In this document: one piece after another, positions 1 through 10,441 of the stretch | Position numbering within the stretch: position 1 is the stretch's first letter | Layout of the letters: every line of letters starts with the position of its first letter | DNA from: Candidatus Geocrenenecus huangii | GTDB lineage: Archaea > Thermoproteota > Nitrososphaeria_A > Caldarchaeales > Wolframiiraptoraceae | Assembly (NCBI GenBank): GCA_023254095.1 | Contig: JALNLM010000002.1 | Coordinates: forward strand, 32,001-96,000 | Length of the DNA: 64,000 bases | Direction: 5' to 3' | Program-made: the position numbers and the translations under genes | Notes under the pieces: generated by a model | What the model was told of the DNA's origin: nothing | The model's database searches: none | What the model saw: only the letters and a program-made list of their open reading frames with translations

Positions 1-605
1 CTCGATAAACCTATAGCTAAAGTATCTTCTCCTAAGATCCCTTGATTAAGTCGATCTTCAGCTTCTAAGAGTCTTCTTAATGCGTTTGGGATAGTTAAAC
101 CTCCATCCGCCGTATCTAGAAGTATCATGGTATGTAGACCTCTTTCTTGATTTTCTTTAATTATCATGTACGTTTCAGCAGGATCTCCAATTAATGGTAG
201 AGTTGTAGTTTTTCCAAACTTGTATACGTGTAAGCCTGTGATACTTACAGCTGCCGAATATATTGAGATTCCATGGACTATTTTATAAGGAGTTCTTCTT
301 CTGGAAGCCTCAACTAATAGAGACATATGGGTCGTCGCGATCAAGGGATCTCCTGGAACGAGTATAGCTACATCGATATTCCTAGCCTCCTCTACAATCT
401 TCTCTAAATTATCTTCGAGGTCTCTCCTGCATGCTAGCTTCAATCTTCCATCAAGTTTCTTCCTTAACCAATCCACCAGTTCCTCAGATATTAAACCTGT
501 ATAAGTATCCAGGTAGGCAATATGGCATTTCATGATCTCTCTAATCGCTTTCAAGCTCGTATAATCTAGGGAGCCTAAACCTAAACCGATTAAATATAAT
601 GCCAT
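1..605 (-). CDS. dph5: Diphthine synthase (runs off the window edge; not in ORF track)
   Basis: Manual translation from ATG at 605: MALYLIGLGLGSLDYTSLKAIREIMKCHIAYLDTYTG...VPGDPLIATTH...HGISIYSAAVSITGLHVYKFGKTTTLP, the typical Dph5 motifs. Confidence 0.92.
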   Translation of the reverse strand, partial: MALYLIGLGLGSLDYTSLKAIREIMKCHIAYLDTYTGLISEELVDWLRKKLDGRLKLACRRDLEDNLEKIVEEARNIDVAILVPGDPLIATTHMSLLVEASRRRTPYKIVHGISIYSAAVSITGLHVYKFGKTTTLPLIGDPAETYMIIKENQERGLHTMILLDTADGGLTIPNALRRLLEAEDRLNQGILGEDTLAIGLS

Positions 606-775
606 GACTTGACCTAAACATATTGAGTCTAGCGACAATTTATAGGCTAAACTGGATAATAATGAGGACAATTATAACAGTATAAGAGCTTTCATTAGGT
701 GGTTCAAAACTCTCCTAGATTTTCTCTATTATAGATCTTTTTGAAACATCTGGATGGCCAAACCATCAAAGGGAC

Positions 776-1858
776 ATGGTTAAATTTAATTCGCTACAAC
801 GATATACGGTGAAAGCTGTAGTATTCGCTGCTGGATTAGGTAAAAGGCTTAGACCTCTCACAAATACGAGACCCAAGCATCTTCTACCTATCAGTGGTAA
901 ACCGATTCTGAGAAGAATCCTCGAATCTCTTCTACTAAATGGCATCGAAGAAGTCGGTATAGTCGTCTCATATATGCCTGACCTAATCATTGAAGATGTG
1001 AAGAATTACGGGTTAAGCATGAAGGTCGAATGGATTCATCAGAAAGAACCTCTAGGAACAGGTGATGCTCTCAGAGTCTGCGAAGAATTTCTATGTAACG
1101 AAGATTACTTCATAGTTGTTTACGGAGATATAACTTTAAACACTGTAATTCTCGGAAACATTATCCGATTCTTCAATGAAAATATTTGTGATGGAGTAGT
1201 CGAAGGAGTATTAGTTGAAGATACGCTTAGATTCGGTAGAATAATTTCTAGAAATGGTAGACTAGAAAAGATAGAAGAAAAAACAGCTGGTGGCCCTGGA
1301 TTAGTGAATACTGGTCTATACATCCTTCCACATGATGCATTAGAGTTTTCCAGACAGATAAACCTATCTAGAAGAGGTGAATACGAGTTAACGGATGTCT
1401 TGAACATCCTTGTTTCTAGAAATTACGAGATACTGGTTCATACTACTGATCAAGATTGGTGGATGGACATAGGTTCTCCGAGGGATTACCTGAAAGCAAA
1501 CATTAAGAAATTCATAGAAGAGTATGGGAACAGAGTAATATGCAATTCTGAAGTAGGTGAAAAAGTAGTCGTGAAACCTCCGTCCATGATACTTGAAGAA
1601 GTCGAAGTAGAGAGAGATACTGTAATAGGTCCGAACACATTTATAATGAAGAATGTAAGAATAGGCTCGAATACTATAATAGAAAACTCCATCCTCCTCG
1701 AAGGGTCCATCATCGGTAGAAGCTCAGTTCTGAGGAATGTGATTATAGGAGAATATGTAAAGATAGGCGACAAAGTGCATGTCGAAGGTGGCCAAGAAGT
1801 ATTAGTCATCTCTCCTAGAACGGAAATAGGAGACAGCAGCAAGATCAGCATGGTCTAG
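776..1858 (+). CDS. Sugar-phosphate nucleotidyltransferase with C-terminal hexapeptide (LbH) repeats, GlmU/RmlA-like
   Basis: AAGLGKRLRPLT..PK motif, QKEPLGTGDA, RGEYELTD, hexapeptide repeats; real start may be the GTG of VKAVVF. Confidence 0.88.
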   Translation: MVKFNSLQRYTVKAVVFAAGLGKRLRPLTNTRPKHLLPISGKPILRRILESLLLNGIEEVGIVVSYMPDLIIEDVKNYGLSMKVEWIHQKEPLGTGDALRVCEEFLCNEDYFIVVYGDITLNTVILGNIIRFFNENICDGVVEGVLVEDTLRFGRIISRNGRLEKIEEKTAGGPGLVNTGLYILPHDALEFSRQINLSRRGEYELTDVLNILVSRNYEILVHTTDQDWWMDIGSPRDYLKANIKKFIEEYGNRVICNSEVGEKVVVKPPSMILEEVEVERDTVIGPNTFIMKNVRIGSNTIIENSILLEGSIIGRSSVLRNVIIGEYVKIGDKVHVEGGQEVLVISPRTEIGDSSKISMV

Positions 1859-2540
1859 TCTCAGCACGATATGCCTCCTCCATCACCGCATAAGCGATCG
1901 ATCTCGCCAACTTAAGTGGTTCAGGTATCCTACCAGATACCGTATACTTATTTACTAGATCGAGAGCTTTATCCACATCTAATCCCACAGCTCTAAGATA
2001 GACTTTGAATCCATTCTTGTTAACAAGCTCGATTCTAGGTCCATTCTCTTCGTATACTTTGAATCTCTCCTCCCAATCGTCTGGGAAATACTTGATAAAA
2101 TATTCTCTGAGACCGGTTGATGGATAATAGGTTAAGCATATGGATGGTAGACGTGTTTCTCTATGTAATCTATTCAGGTCCACTACGTTAAACCAGCTAA
2201 TAATACATCCATTAATTATTAATGCAGATATGTCTTCTCTCTCTAGTCTATGATACATTTCGAGGATGGAATCGGTTACATCCATTCCGCCTATCTTACA
2301 TCTTCCCAAGACAACTCCATCAACTAGTAGATCGCTCCTCATTACGACTCCAGCTAGAAAAGCATACTGTCCAGCCCCTCTCCTATAGCTCTCAGCTATC
2401 CCCAGAACCCTGATTGCTTTCTTTTCTAGACTCAGCCTCAACAAACTCCCTAGTGAATACTCGTTAAAGGATGCTATAATTATTTTATCTCTAGAGAGAA
2501 GTAGTTGGAGCGGAACTTTAAGGATTGAATTGTTCTCCAT
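1845..2540 (-). CDS. DUF99 family protein (endonuclease V-like fold)
   Basis: RVLGIAES, GVVMRSDL.VDG, GGMDVT, ISWFNVVD, GRIPEPLKLA; real start probably a TTG near 2444. Confidence 0.82.
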   Translation of the reverse strand: MENNSILKVPLQLLLSRDKIIIASFNEYSLGSLLRLSLEKKAIRVLGIAESYRRGAGQYAFLAGVVMRSDLLVDGVVLGRCKIGGMDVTDSILEMYHRLEREDISALIINGCIISWFNVVDLNRLHRETRLPSICLTYYPSTGLREYFIKYFPDDWEERFKVYEENGPRIELVNKNGFKVYLRAVGLDVDKALDLVNKYTVSGRIPEPLKLARSIAYAVMEEAYRAETRPC

Positions 2541-2817
2541 CTTCCAAGTTTATGAAATGTATTCTTCGTTCGTACTTCTTCCTCAAGGCCAATATCGGTT
2601 TACCTGATGTGATCTTAGCCATCTCAATCAGCTTAGACCTATCTTTATCGCTGATCCTCGAACTGTATTTACATTCGATCAAGAGGATTGACCCCTTCTT
2701 TAAAGCAATCAAGTCTAGAGGTTTACTTCTAGCAACTCTAACCGTTAGCCAGCCCTTATCCTCTAATATTCGTCTAACTTCCCATTCGAATCTTCTACCT
2801 TTCCTATAACTCAACAC
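2518..2817 (-). CDS. hjc: Hjc-family PD-(D/E)XK Holliday junction resolvase-like nuclease
   Basis: KGRRFEWEV, PLDLIALK, LIECK catalytic motifs; short (99 aa). Confidence 0.75.
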   Translation of the reverse strand: MLSYRKGRRFEWEVRRILEDKGWLTVRVARSKPLDLIALKKGSILLIECKYSSRISDKDRSKLIEMAKITSGKPILALRKKYERRIHFINLEDGEQFNP

Positions 2818-2845
2818 TACAACACCGTCATATGGATCTCCTCTA

Positions 2846-5140
2846 TCATAGTTCCTTGATTACTCCATGTAGACGGAGATGTAGTCTCCCATCTATACGT
2901 ACAAGCTTCCCAACGACAATGTATTCAGCCTTCTTTTTCAAAGATATTAATTCATCATTTAACTCAACAGGTATCACCGCTCTCCACCTATCATTGACTA
3001 AAACCGCAATTTTTCCCGGATAGAGTTCCTCGACACATATTTTGAATCTCTTCAGATCTCCAGCTATCTCTATGGAATTTTTTAGTTTTTCTTTGACGAA
3101 GGGGTGAAGCCTCCCACATTCCTCGAATATTCTCCGAGATTTCAATAGTTTCTTCAAAGCTTTCTCGATCTCGCTAGCATTATATCCATCATGGATTAAT
3201 TCTTCTACAAGGAGGTTTCTAGGAAAGCCTCGATCTCCCATCTTGAGTATTCTCTTATAGATTATCTTGGAAAGCTTCAGTAAACTCGTCTTCGGTTTTA
3301 TGCTTGTAGAAGTAATCTGTTCAAACCACTCCATATACCTATTCGCATGATGCCTCATATATTCGTCTTTTTTGAGAACTTCTTCAAGTTTTTCTCTCCA
3401 GCCTTCTTCGAGACAGCTCTTAGAGAAGCTTAAGTTAGAGTTCTTTTCAGACACATTATTCCCGTCGACTTCTCCGCAAGTTTCTGGAAAAGAATTTCTA
3501 AAGACTGATCCAGTATAATCTGTTAGATTCTTTTGCTTAATTTCTTGGTTTATCTTCTCTAATATGTTTTTTGTTTTCTTAACTTTCCTGTAAGCTGATT
3601 CAAGATAAACTTCATCAGACGTATTTTCAGCTACGAGTATCACGCATCTTCCGGTTCTTAGCCTACCAGTTCTCCCCCTTCTTTGAATAAATCTTATCTC
3701 TGAAGTTATCGGTTCATAGAATACCACTAGGCCGCATTGTGGAATATCTAGCCCCTCTTCTCCAATACTCGTCGATACGAGAACCTGTATCTCCCCATCA
3801 TTAAATCTCTTCAATGTCCGGAGCTGTTCTCTCTGACTCATATAGATGAAGTTCTTTTCTTTTCTCTGTCCAACAAACACTTCTACCCTAAATCCTCTAT
3901 CTCTCAGGATATCCACTAAATGTTCTGCCGTATCTCTATACTGAGTAAAGACTATCACTCTTCCATTCGGCTCATCGTTAAAGTATTTCTTTAACTCTTC
4001 AACCAGTGCAGGAATTTTCGGATGTTCTTCTACTTCTTTCTCAACCATATTCATTAGTAATCGGAATCTCGGATCTATCACGAGCTTCCTATGGGATTTT
4101 TTCTCCAACGTTATAGAGTTCTCCAAGAATTTCCTAAGTATATGTGCTCCTTGAGATAGTAGAAGCTCTAATTCATGGAGGAGTATAAGAGCGATATTCT
4201 GTAGAAGTAGTAGATTCCATGACAAGCCTCTAGCATACTTGTTTTTCTCAAGCTTAATCTTTTCGCGTATTTTTTCTCCGACCTCAAGTAGTTCTCTTCT
4301 AGATATGTGGCCACAGTCTTTATTGATCAACCCAGCTTCTCTAAGTTGCGCCAGACAATCTTCAAGCATCTCTCTAATCAAGTTGGCAATCCTTTGATAG
4401 CTTACAGGAGGTTCTATCATCTTATATTCTATCTTGATATTGTGAATATATGGGGCAACATCTCTATCGTATTCTGAACGGTAGATTATATTCTCAATGA
4501 ATAGTTTATTTACTATCTCTCTAACTTTGTTAGCATCTGACCCAGGCGAGGCCGTTAAAGCCAGTATACGGGGATTCTTGCATGAGCTTACATAATGTTT
4601 AGCGACCTTCGTATATGCGTACTCTTTCCTAGCTCTATGAGCTTCATCAAATACGATCAAGCTGAAATTATCCAGACTCAGCCCATCTTCTAAATCATTC
4701 TTGACTACTTCAGGCGTAGTGAAGAATATCATGACATCTCTGCTTCTCCACCACAGCTTCCTCTCTTCTGGAGCTACATCGCCGGTCAAGACCCTCAATT
4801 GATGTGCTTCTAGTCTTAAGAGTTGAGCAAACTTTTCTTTATGCTGGTTTACTAGAGGCTTTGTAGGGGCCATGACTAGAATCCTACAGTTGGGCTGAAT
4901 GTACAAATAATAGGCGGAGACGTATACAGCGATAACTGTCTTACCTAGAGCCGTAGGTAGCACAACCAATGTATTCCGCCCAATAGATGATTCAGCTATC
5001 TTAACCTGGTATTTCCTGATCTCTATCTTCTCTTTTCGAAGGAGAGGGTTCTCCAATATTATCGATGAACTCATGATATCCGAGCTGTCCATATGATTCG
5101 ACCTATTTCCAGTGTCTTTCCCCATATCTTCTCGTATCAT
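2846..5140 (-). CDS. hef: Hef/FANCM/Mph1-like SF2 DEAH helicase without an ERCC4 nuclease domain
   Basis: PTALGKT, DEAHRA, LTASPG, EEGLDIP, QRRGRTGR motifs. Confidence 0.88.
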   Translation of the reverse strand: MIREDMGKDTGNRSNHMDSSDIMSSSIILENPLLRKEKIEIRKYQVKIAESSIGRNTLVVLPTALGKTVIAVYVSAYYLYIQPNCRILVMAPTKPLVNQHKEKFAQLLRLEAHQLRVLTGDVAPEERKLWWRSRDVMIFFTTPEVVKNDLEDGLSLDNFSLIVFDEAHRARKEYAYTKVAKHYVSSCKNPRILALTASPGSDANKVREIVNKLFIENIIYRSEYDRDVAPYIHNIKIEYKMIEPPVSYQRIANLIREMLEDCLAQLREAGLINKDCGHISRRELLEVGEKIREKIKLEKNKYARGLSWNLLLLQNIALILLHELELLLSQGAHILRKFLENSITLEKKSHRKLVIDPRFRLLMNMVEKEVEEHPKIPALVEELKKYFNDEPNGRVIVFTQYRDTAEHLVDILRDRGFRVEVFVGQRKEKNFIYMSQREQLRTLKRFNDGEIQVLVSTSIGEEGLDIPQCGLVVFYEPITSEIRFIQRRGRTGRLRTGRCVILVAENTSDEVYLESAYRKVKKTKNILEKINQEIKQKNLTDYTGSVFRNSFPETCGEVDGNNVSEKNSNLSFSKSCLEEGWREKLEEVLKKDEYMRHHANRYMEWFEQITSTSIKPKTSLLKLSKIIYKRILKMGDRGFPRNLLVEELIHDGYNASEIEKALKKLLKSRRIFEECGRLHPFVKEKLKNSIEIAGDLKRFKICVEELYPGKIAVLVNDRWRAVIPVELNDELISLKKKAEYIVVGKLVRIDGRLHLRLHGVIKEL

Positions 5141-5252
5141 CTACATCTCCTTGCTTGTTTTCCCTTAACTACGACTTCTGCTAACAATACACTGACCAGC
5201 GTATAGGCTAGCCCCGATAAAAATATTTCAGACCATGATGAAAGTGGAGAAG

Positions 5253-6530
5253 TTATGATTTTCTTTCCTTTCTTATTCTACTAAGTATCTCTTGAGCTTT
5301 ATCAAGCCTTACAGCTTTCTCTCTAACCATCTCTTCTGCAACTAAGTCTATCTCTCCTCCTACCGCTCCCGCCATCACGGCTATATTCTTCGCATGGAGA
5401 GACATGTGTCCAGCCTGTATTCCTTCAGCGGCCAATGCTCTGAGAGCAGCGAGATTCTGAACCAGTCCAACCGCTCCTATAATTTCTGCTAATTCTTGAC
5501 TTGTCTTGACTCCCAATATCTTTAGCGATATCTTTGCTAGAGGATGAGTCTTGGTTGCTCCTCCAACAATTCCTACAGCAATAGGCATCTCTAGAGAACC
5601 ATATAGATAGCTTCCATCAGTCTCCCATCTACTAAGAGGCCTATATCTTCCGTCTCTAGCTGCATAGGTATGAGCTCCCGCTTCTACTGCTCTCCAATCA
5701 TTTCCGGTAGCTATAACGACGGCATCCACGCCATTCATTATACCTTTATTGTGGGTTGCAGCCCTGTATGGATCAGCTTCTGCAAAGGCCCAGGCCTCCA
5801 TGATTCCTTCGGCGACTTCTCTTCCTCCTACTGCTTCAACGGGAATTTTCGTCCATGCTCTAACAAGTCTACGATCAGCTAGATTCGATATTATTCTTAA
5901 CCTAAAGTATCCACCTGCTATCGAGGCGAGCCTCGGAGCTATCGTCTCAGCCATCGTATTTACCGCATTTGCTCCCATAGCATCTCTAACATCTACTATT
6001 AGATGAACTATCAGCATGACTCCGCTTCTAGTCTCCAGAATTCTTGCTTCAAGGTCTTTTGCTCCCCCTCCAAGCCTAACCAGCACGGGGTCACATTGAT
6101 TGGCTAATTCTAGGATCTCATCTTTCCTCTTTAGTATTTCGAGTCTCGCTATAGCGGGCTGTGGAACTTTTACTAATTGTATCTGGCCTATCATGTATGG
6201 TCCTGTGCTAGAAGTATATACTCCACCACCTTCTCTAGCCATTCTGGCAGCATTAGATGCAGCAGCCACGACAGAAGGCTCTTCAATAACCATTGGTATA
6301 AGGTAATCTCTACCGTTTATGAGGAAGTTTACCGCTATGCCTAAGGGGAGCTCATAGGTTGAAATTACATTCTCTATCATTCTATTCGCAATCTCTATGT
6401 CTAGAGCGCCATGCCTCTTCAATGAGCCGATTTCATCGCTAGTCAAATCTGCAAACTCTGAAACGATCTTTAGTCTCTCTTCTATGCTAAGTTTGTAAAA
6501 ACCAGAAATTCTCGAACTTCTCCTACTCAA
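5253..6530 (-). CDS. mvaA: Hydroxymethylglutaryl-CoA reductase, class II
   Basis: MIENVIS, EEPSVVAAAS, DAMGAN, ATHNKGIMNG, GIQAGHMSLH. Confidence 0.93.
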   Translation of the reverse strand: MSRRSSRISGFYKLSIEERLKIVSEFADLTSDEIGSLKRHGALDIEIANRMIENVISTYELPLGIAVNFLINGRDYLIPMVIEEPSVVAAASNAARMAREGGGVYTSSTGPYMIGQIQLVKVPQPAIARLEILKRKDEILELANQCDPVLVRLGGGAKDLEARILETRSGVMLIVHLIVDVRDAMGANAVNTMAETIAPRLASIAGGYFRLRIISNLADRRLVRAWTKIPVEAVGGREVAEGIMEAWAFAEADPYRAATHNKGIMNGVDAVVIATGNDWRAVEAGAHTYAARDGRYRPLSRWETDGSYLYGSLEMPIAVGIVGGATKTHPLAKISLKILGVKTSQELAEIIGAVGLVQNLAALRALAAEGIQAGHMSLHAKNIAVMAGAVGGEIDLVAEEMVREKAVRLDKAQEILSRIRKERKS

Positions 6531-6670
6531 TTTCCTCTAAAAATGACGTCAACTCATATTTTTTATGTTTTTCCAATAATAATATGTCATCTGACGTATA
6601 CTCGACAAAGGAAATACTTAAAAGAGGCTCATCAAATTCTATATATTAGGTTCTGTCAGGAGGTTAGTTC

Positions 6671-8011
6671 TTGACCAAGGAAGAATTATTAAGAAAAGCT
6701 CAAATCCCCTCACAGCTTGCTATGAAATATCACCCATTCTATAGAGGCAAGATACAGGTAACATTAAAAGTTCCGGTTAGGAGCTACGATGATTTTGCGA
6801 TCTGGTATACTCCAGGAGTTGCTGAACCATGTAAAGAAATAAAAAACAACACCGACCTAGTCTTCGAATATACTAATAGAGCTAACACCGTCGCGGTAGT
6901 AAGCGATGGAACGAGAGTTTTAGGATTGGGCAATATAGGACCTGAAGCAGGTCTCCCAGTAATGGAGGGCAAAGCACTACTATTCAAGTATCTGGGGGGC
7001 GTAGACGCATTCCCTATAGTCTTGAATGTAAGAGACCCGGAAGAGATCATCAGAGTGGTAAAAGCTCTAGAACCAAGTTTCGGCGGAATAAACCTAGAAG
7101 ATATAGAGAAACCAAAATGTTTCTACATCCTAGAAAAACTAAGGAAAGAGATGAACATCCCCGTATGGCATGACGACCAGCAGGGTACAGCTACAGTTAC
7201 TCTTGCAGCTTTGATGAATGCTTTAAAGCTAGTTGGAAAGAAGATTAACGATGTAGTCGTGGCGTTGATTGGAGCTGGGGCAGCGAACATAGCTATTGCA
7301 AGATTGATTATCTCTGCGGGGGTAGATCCTGGTAAGATGAGAGTAGTCGATACGAAAGGGATAATCTATGCAGAGAGAGAAGATGTAGACAAACTACAGT
7401 TCTCTGATCCATGGAAGTACGATCTAGCAATAAAGACCAATCGTGAAAAAATCGTAGGAGATATTCCTGAAGCATTGAAAGGGGCTGACGTAGTTATAGC
7501 AATGTCTAAGCCGGGGCCAGGAGTAATAAAGAAAGAATGGATCAAATCAATGGCAGATGATGCCATAGTCTTCGCCTGCGCCAACCCTATACCTGAGATA
7601 TGGCCTTGGGAGGCAAAAGAAGCTGGAGCCAAGATAGTTTCTACGGGCAGGTCCGATTTCCCCAACCAAGTAAACAACTCTCTAGGATTCCCAGGAATAT
7701 TCAGGGGAGCGTTAGATGTAAGAGCCAAGACTATAACAGATGAAATGTGTATAGCGGCTGCTACTGAGCTAGCTAAAATCGCTGAAGAGAAAGGATTGTC
7801 TGAAGATTATATTATACCGACGATGGAAGATTGGGAAGTATATCCCAGGGAAGCTACGGCAGTAGGCATGAAGGCGATAGAGCTTGGACTAGCAAGAGTA
7901 AAGATGAGTGAAGACGAACTCTATGAAACAGCATATAATACTATCAAGAACGCCAGAGAACTAGTTCACATGATGATGAGAGAAGGATTCATCCCGTCAC
8001 CACCAGAATAA
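6671..8011 (+). CDS. NAD(P)-dependent malic enzyme
   Basis: [48 protein letters not shown]. Confidence 0.93.
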   Translation: MTKEELLRKAQIPSQLAMKYHPFYRGKIQVTLKVPVRSYDDFAIWYTPGVAEPCKEIKNNTDLVFEYTNRANTVAVVSDGTRVLGLGNIGPEAGLPVMEGKALLFKYLGGVDAFPIVLNVRDPEEIIRVVKALEPSFGGINLEDIEKPKCFYILEKLRKEMNIPVWHDDQQGTATVTLAALMNALKLVGKKINDVVVALIGAGAANIAIARLIISAGVDPGKMRVVDTKGIIYAEREDVDKLQFSDPWKYDLAIKTNREKIVGDIPEALKGADVVIAMSKPGPGVIKKEWIKSMADDAIVFACANPIPEIWPWEAKEAGAKIVSTGRSDFPNQVNNSLGFPGIFRGALDVRAKTITDEMCIAAATELAKIAEEKGLSEDYIIPTMEDWEVYPREATAVGMKAIELGLARVKMSEDELYETAYNTIKNARELVHMMMREGFIPSPPE

Positions 8012-8128
8012 CCGACGAAAACTTAGAAAACTCTCAGACCATTATGTGTTGTTATTGTTTATGCTAAATTGGTTAACCTTAGGGTTTACTACTAATATAA
8101 GTTTATTTTTCACTGAATACTCTTAACT

Positions 8129-8899
8129 TTGGATATGTCGGAAGTATTGGAGGGAGAAATTGTAAAGATAATAGAGTTAGAGCCTATAAGAGAGGGAGTA
8201 ATAATTATTGAAGGGTTCCCTGACGTAGGTCTAGTTGGAACGATTGCTGCCTCCTTCTTAATCGAGAAACTCCAGATGAGTGATATAGGTTATATAGAGT
8301 CTGACGCTCTACCGCCTCTAATATCCGTAAAGAACGGTAAAATATTAGACATAGTAAGGATGTATGGTAGGAACAACATAGTTGTATTCTTGTCTGAGAT
8401 ACCTATACCTCTGCCGATTATTAGACCTTTAAGCCAGAAAATAATAGAATGGGCCATATCTAGAAAAGCCAAGATGATCGTAAGCCTGACGGGGATGCCT
8501 GAGCCTGGAAGGTTAAACATTGATGTACCGAAAGTATACGTTCTAGGCAGCAATGAGAAGATCTCAAAGGATGCATTAAAGATAAATGGTGTTGAAGCTT
8601 TTACGGATGGATACATCACTGGTGTAAAAGGAATGATTCTGAGAGAGAGTATAAAGAGGGATTTCAACGCTCTTCTGGTACTCTCACAAGCGCATTTCAA
8701 TTATCCAGACCCGGGGTCTGCGGCAGAGATACTGAAGTATCTATCAAAACTATTATCTATAGAAATAGATGTTAAGCCGCTACTTGAAAGCGCAGAGGAA
8801 TTAAAGCTGAGGTTGAGAGACTTGATGCGTAGAACGAGCCAAGCTATGCAAGACGTACAAAAGTCTCGTGAGCTAGAGCTTCCCGCGGTGTATTTGTAG
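8129..8899 (+). CDS. Proteasome assembly chaperone (PAC2/PbaB family) with C-terminal HbYX motif
   Basis: EGFPDVGLVGTIAA, YPDPGSAA, C-terminus VYL. Confidence 0.85.
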   Translation: MDMSEVLEGEIVKIIELEPIREGVIIIEGFPDVGLVGTIAASFLIEKLQMSDIGYIESDALPPLISVKNGKILDIVRMYGRNNIVVFLSEIPIPLPIIRPLSQKIIEWAISRKAKMIVSLTGMPEPGRLNIDVPKVYVLGSNEKISKDALKINGVEAFTDGYITGVKGMILRESIKRDFNALLVLSQAHFNYPDPGSAAEILKYLSKLLSIEIDVKPLLESAEELKLRLRDLMRRTSQAMQDVQKSRELELPAVYL

Positions 8900-8906
8900 G
8901 AGGTGA

Positions 8907-9326
8907 TTGAGAACGTCTTATAGAAGGGATCTCTGGAAGATCATGCTCGACGAATTCAAGAAGATAGAGCAAGAGCTAAGGAATATAGAAGAAGAATTCT
9001 ACATGAGGATCAAGGGATTGGAAGCCATGAGAGGATGCATAACCCCTCTCTACAACATCTATGAATCCGGAGATGAGCTAATAATAACCGCCGACATGCC
9101 TGGGACAAACAAAGAGGAGATAGACTTAACTGTTGGAGAAGACTACTTGAAGATTGAGGCACCATGCCGCTCGCCCGCTAGAAGAACAAGAGAAGGAAAA
9201 TACATGCTTCACGTAAGGCTACCGGTGGAGATCGAGCCCGAGAGTGTAAAAGCGAGATATAAGGATGGCGTCTTAGAAGTAATTGCCAAAAAGAAGATTA
9301 GAGGGGTCAAGATAAGAGTAGAGTAG
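8907..9326 (+). CDS. Small heat shock protein (Hsp20)
   Basis: alpha-crystallin motifs ADMPG, ARYKDGVLEV, C-terminal IRVE; GGAGGTGA RBS upstream. Confidence 0.9.
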   Translation: MRTSYRRDLWKIMLDEFKKIEQELRNIEEEFYMRIKGLEAMRGCITPLYNIYESGDELIITADMPGTNKEEIDLTVGEDYLKIEAPCRSPARRTREGKYMLHVRLPVEIEPESVKARYKDGVLEVIAKKKIRGVKIRVE

Positions 9327-9378
9327 GAAAAGGTAGATTCGCATAGTTAGGCCTCCATAAAAGTATTCCCGGTTCACG

Positions 9379-10347
9379 TCATACTGGTGGATTAAGTAAA
9401 TTCGACAAGACTTTTCTCCAAGCTTTTAATACATTCTCTCTATTGTATCCTCCACCTCCCAACACCAATAGTCTACCGTCACATTCTTCTTCAGAGACTT
9501 TGTGAAGTCTAGTCACCGCATGCTCGTGAGCCTTCTCAGTATACATTAACCCAGTGAGAGGGTCTCCAGCCAACCCATCTGCTCCTGCTTGCAGAATAAT
9601 GAATTCCGGGCTAAAATTATCTATGAATTCTTCAATCTTATTCCATGCCTCCATAAATTCTTCATCACCCGCTCCAGGCATTAATGGAATGTTTAGTTTT
9701 GTCCCTTCAGCTTCTCCTCCGCCTCTCTCATGACTGAAGCCTGTTCCCGGATATAGTGTCCTGCCATCCTGATGTATGTCTGCTATTATCACGTTCTTTT
9801 CAAAGTAGAAATCATAGAATACTCCATCTCCATGATGTGCATCAATATCGACGTACAGTACTTGTTTAAGCTTAGCTACTTCAAGCAGGTATTTGATCGC
9901 TATCGATGCATCGTTAAATATGCAGAATCCTCCAGCTCTATCTCTCCTGGCATGATGTAGTCCACCGACAGGATTAAAACCATGATCAATCTCTTTTCTC
10001 ATTATCATTCTTACAAGCTTAAGTGTTGACCCGACTACGTGTAGGGATGCTTCATAACATCCCTTAAAAGCAGGTGTATCACCATAATCGAGATATCCAT
10101 ATCCGTCTTGAGATTTCTTCTTAACAAAATCAACGTAATCTGGGTCATGATATAGTAGAACTTCACTCTCACTAGCCAGTTCAGGCTTAACAGCAATTAC
10201 TTGGTCTGGATAATGTTTTAAGAATGTAGGCATAACCTCTCTGTAGAATCTTTCAACCCTATCAGACCTGAATGGATGAAATTCTGGAAAAGAATATAGT
10301 AAGGCTTCTTCCCCGTAAATAACCCCTACCCTACACTTCATCACCAC
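9379..10347 (-). CDS. Histone deacetylase/AcuC family Zn-dependent deacetylase
   Basis: GGLHHA, GFCIFND, DIDAHHGDG, YPGTG, GADGLAGDPL, GGGGY. Confidence 0.92.
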   Translation of the reverse strand: MVMKCRVGVIYGEEALLYSFPEFHPFRSDRVERFYREVMPTFLKHYPDQVIAVKPELASESEVLLYHDPDYVDFVKKKSQDGYGYLDYGDTPAFKGCYEASLHVVGSTLKLVRMIMRKEIDHGFNPVGGLHHARRDRAGGFCIFNDASIAIKYLLEVAKLKQVLYVDIDAHHGDGVFYDFYFEKNVIIADIHQDGRTLYPGTGFSHERGGGEAEGTKLNIPLMPGAGDEEFMEAWNKIEEFIDNFSPEFIILQAGADGLAGDPLTGLMYTEKAHEHAVTRLHKVSEEECDGRLLVLGGGGYNRENVLKAWRKVLSNLLNPPV

Positions 10348-10441
10348 ATCTACATTCTACAAAGAATATTCTAGAATATTTATAAGTTCTATCACTCCAA
10401 CCTACTCTAAACAAGATATAAGCATAGATTAATATGCATCT

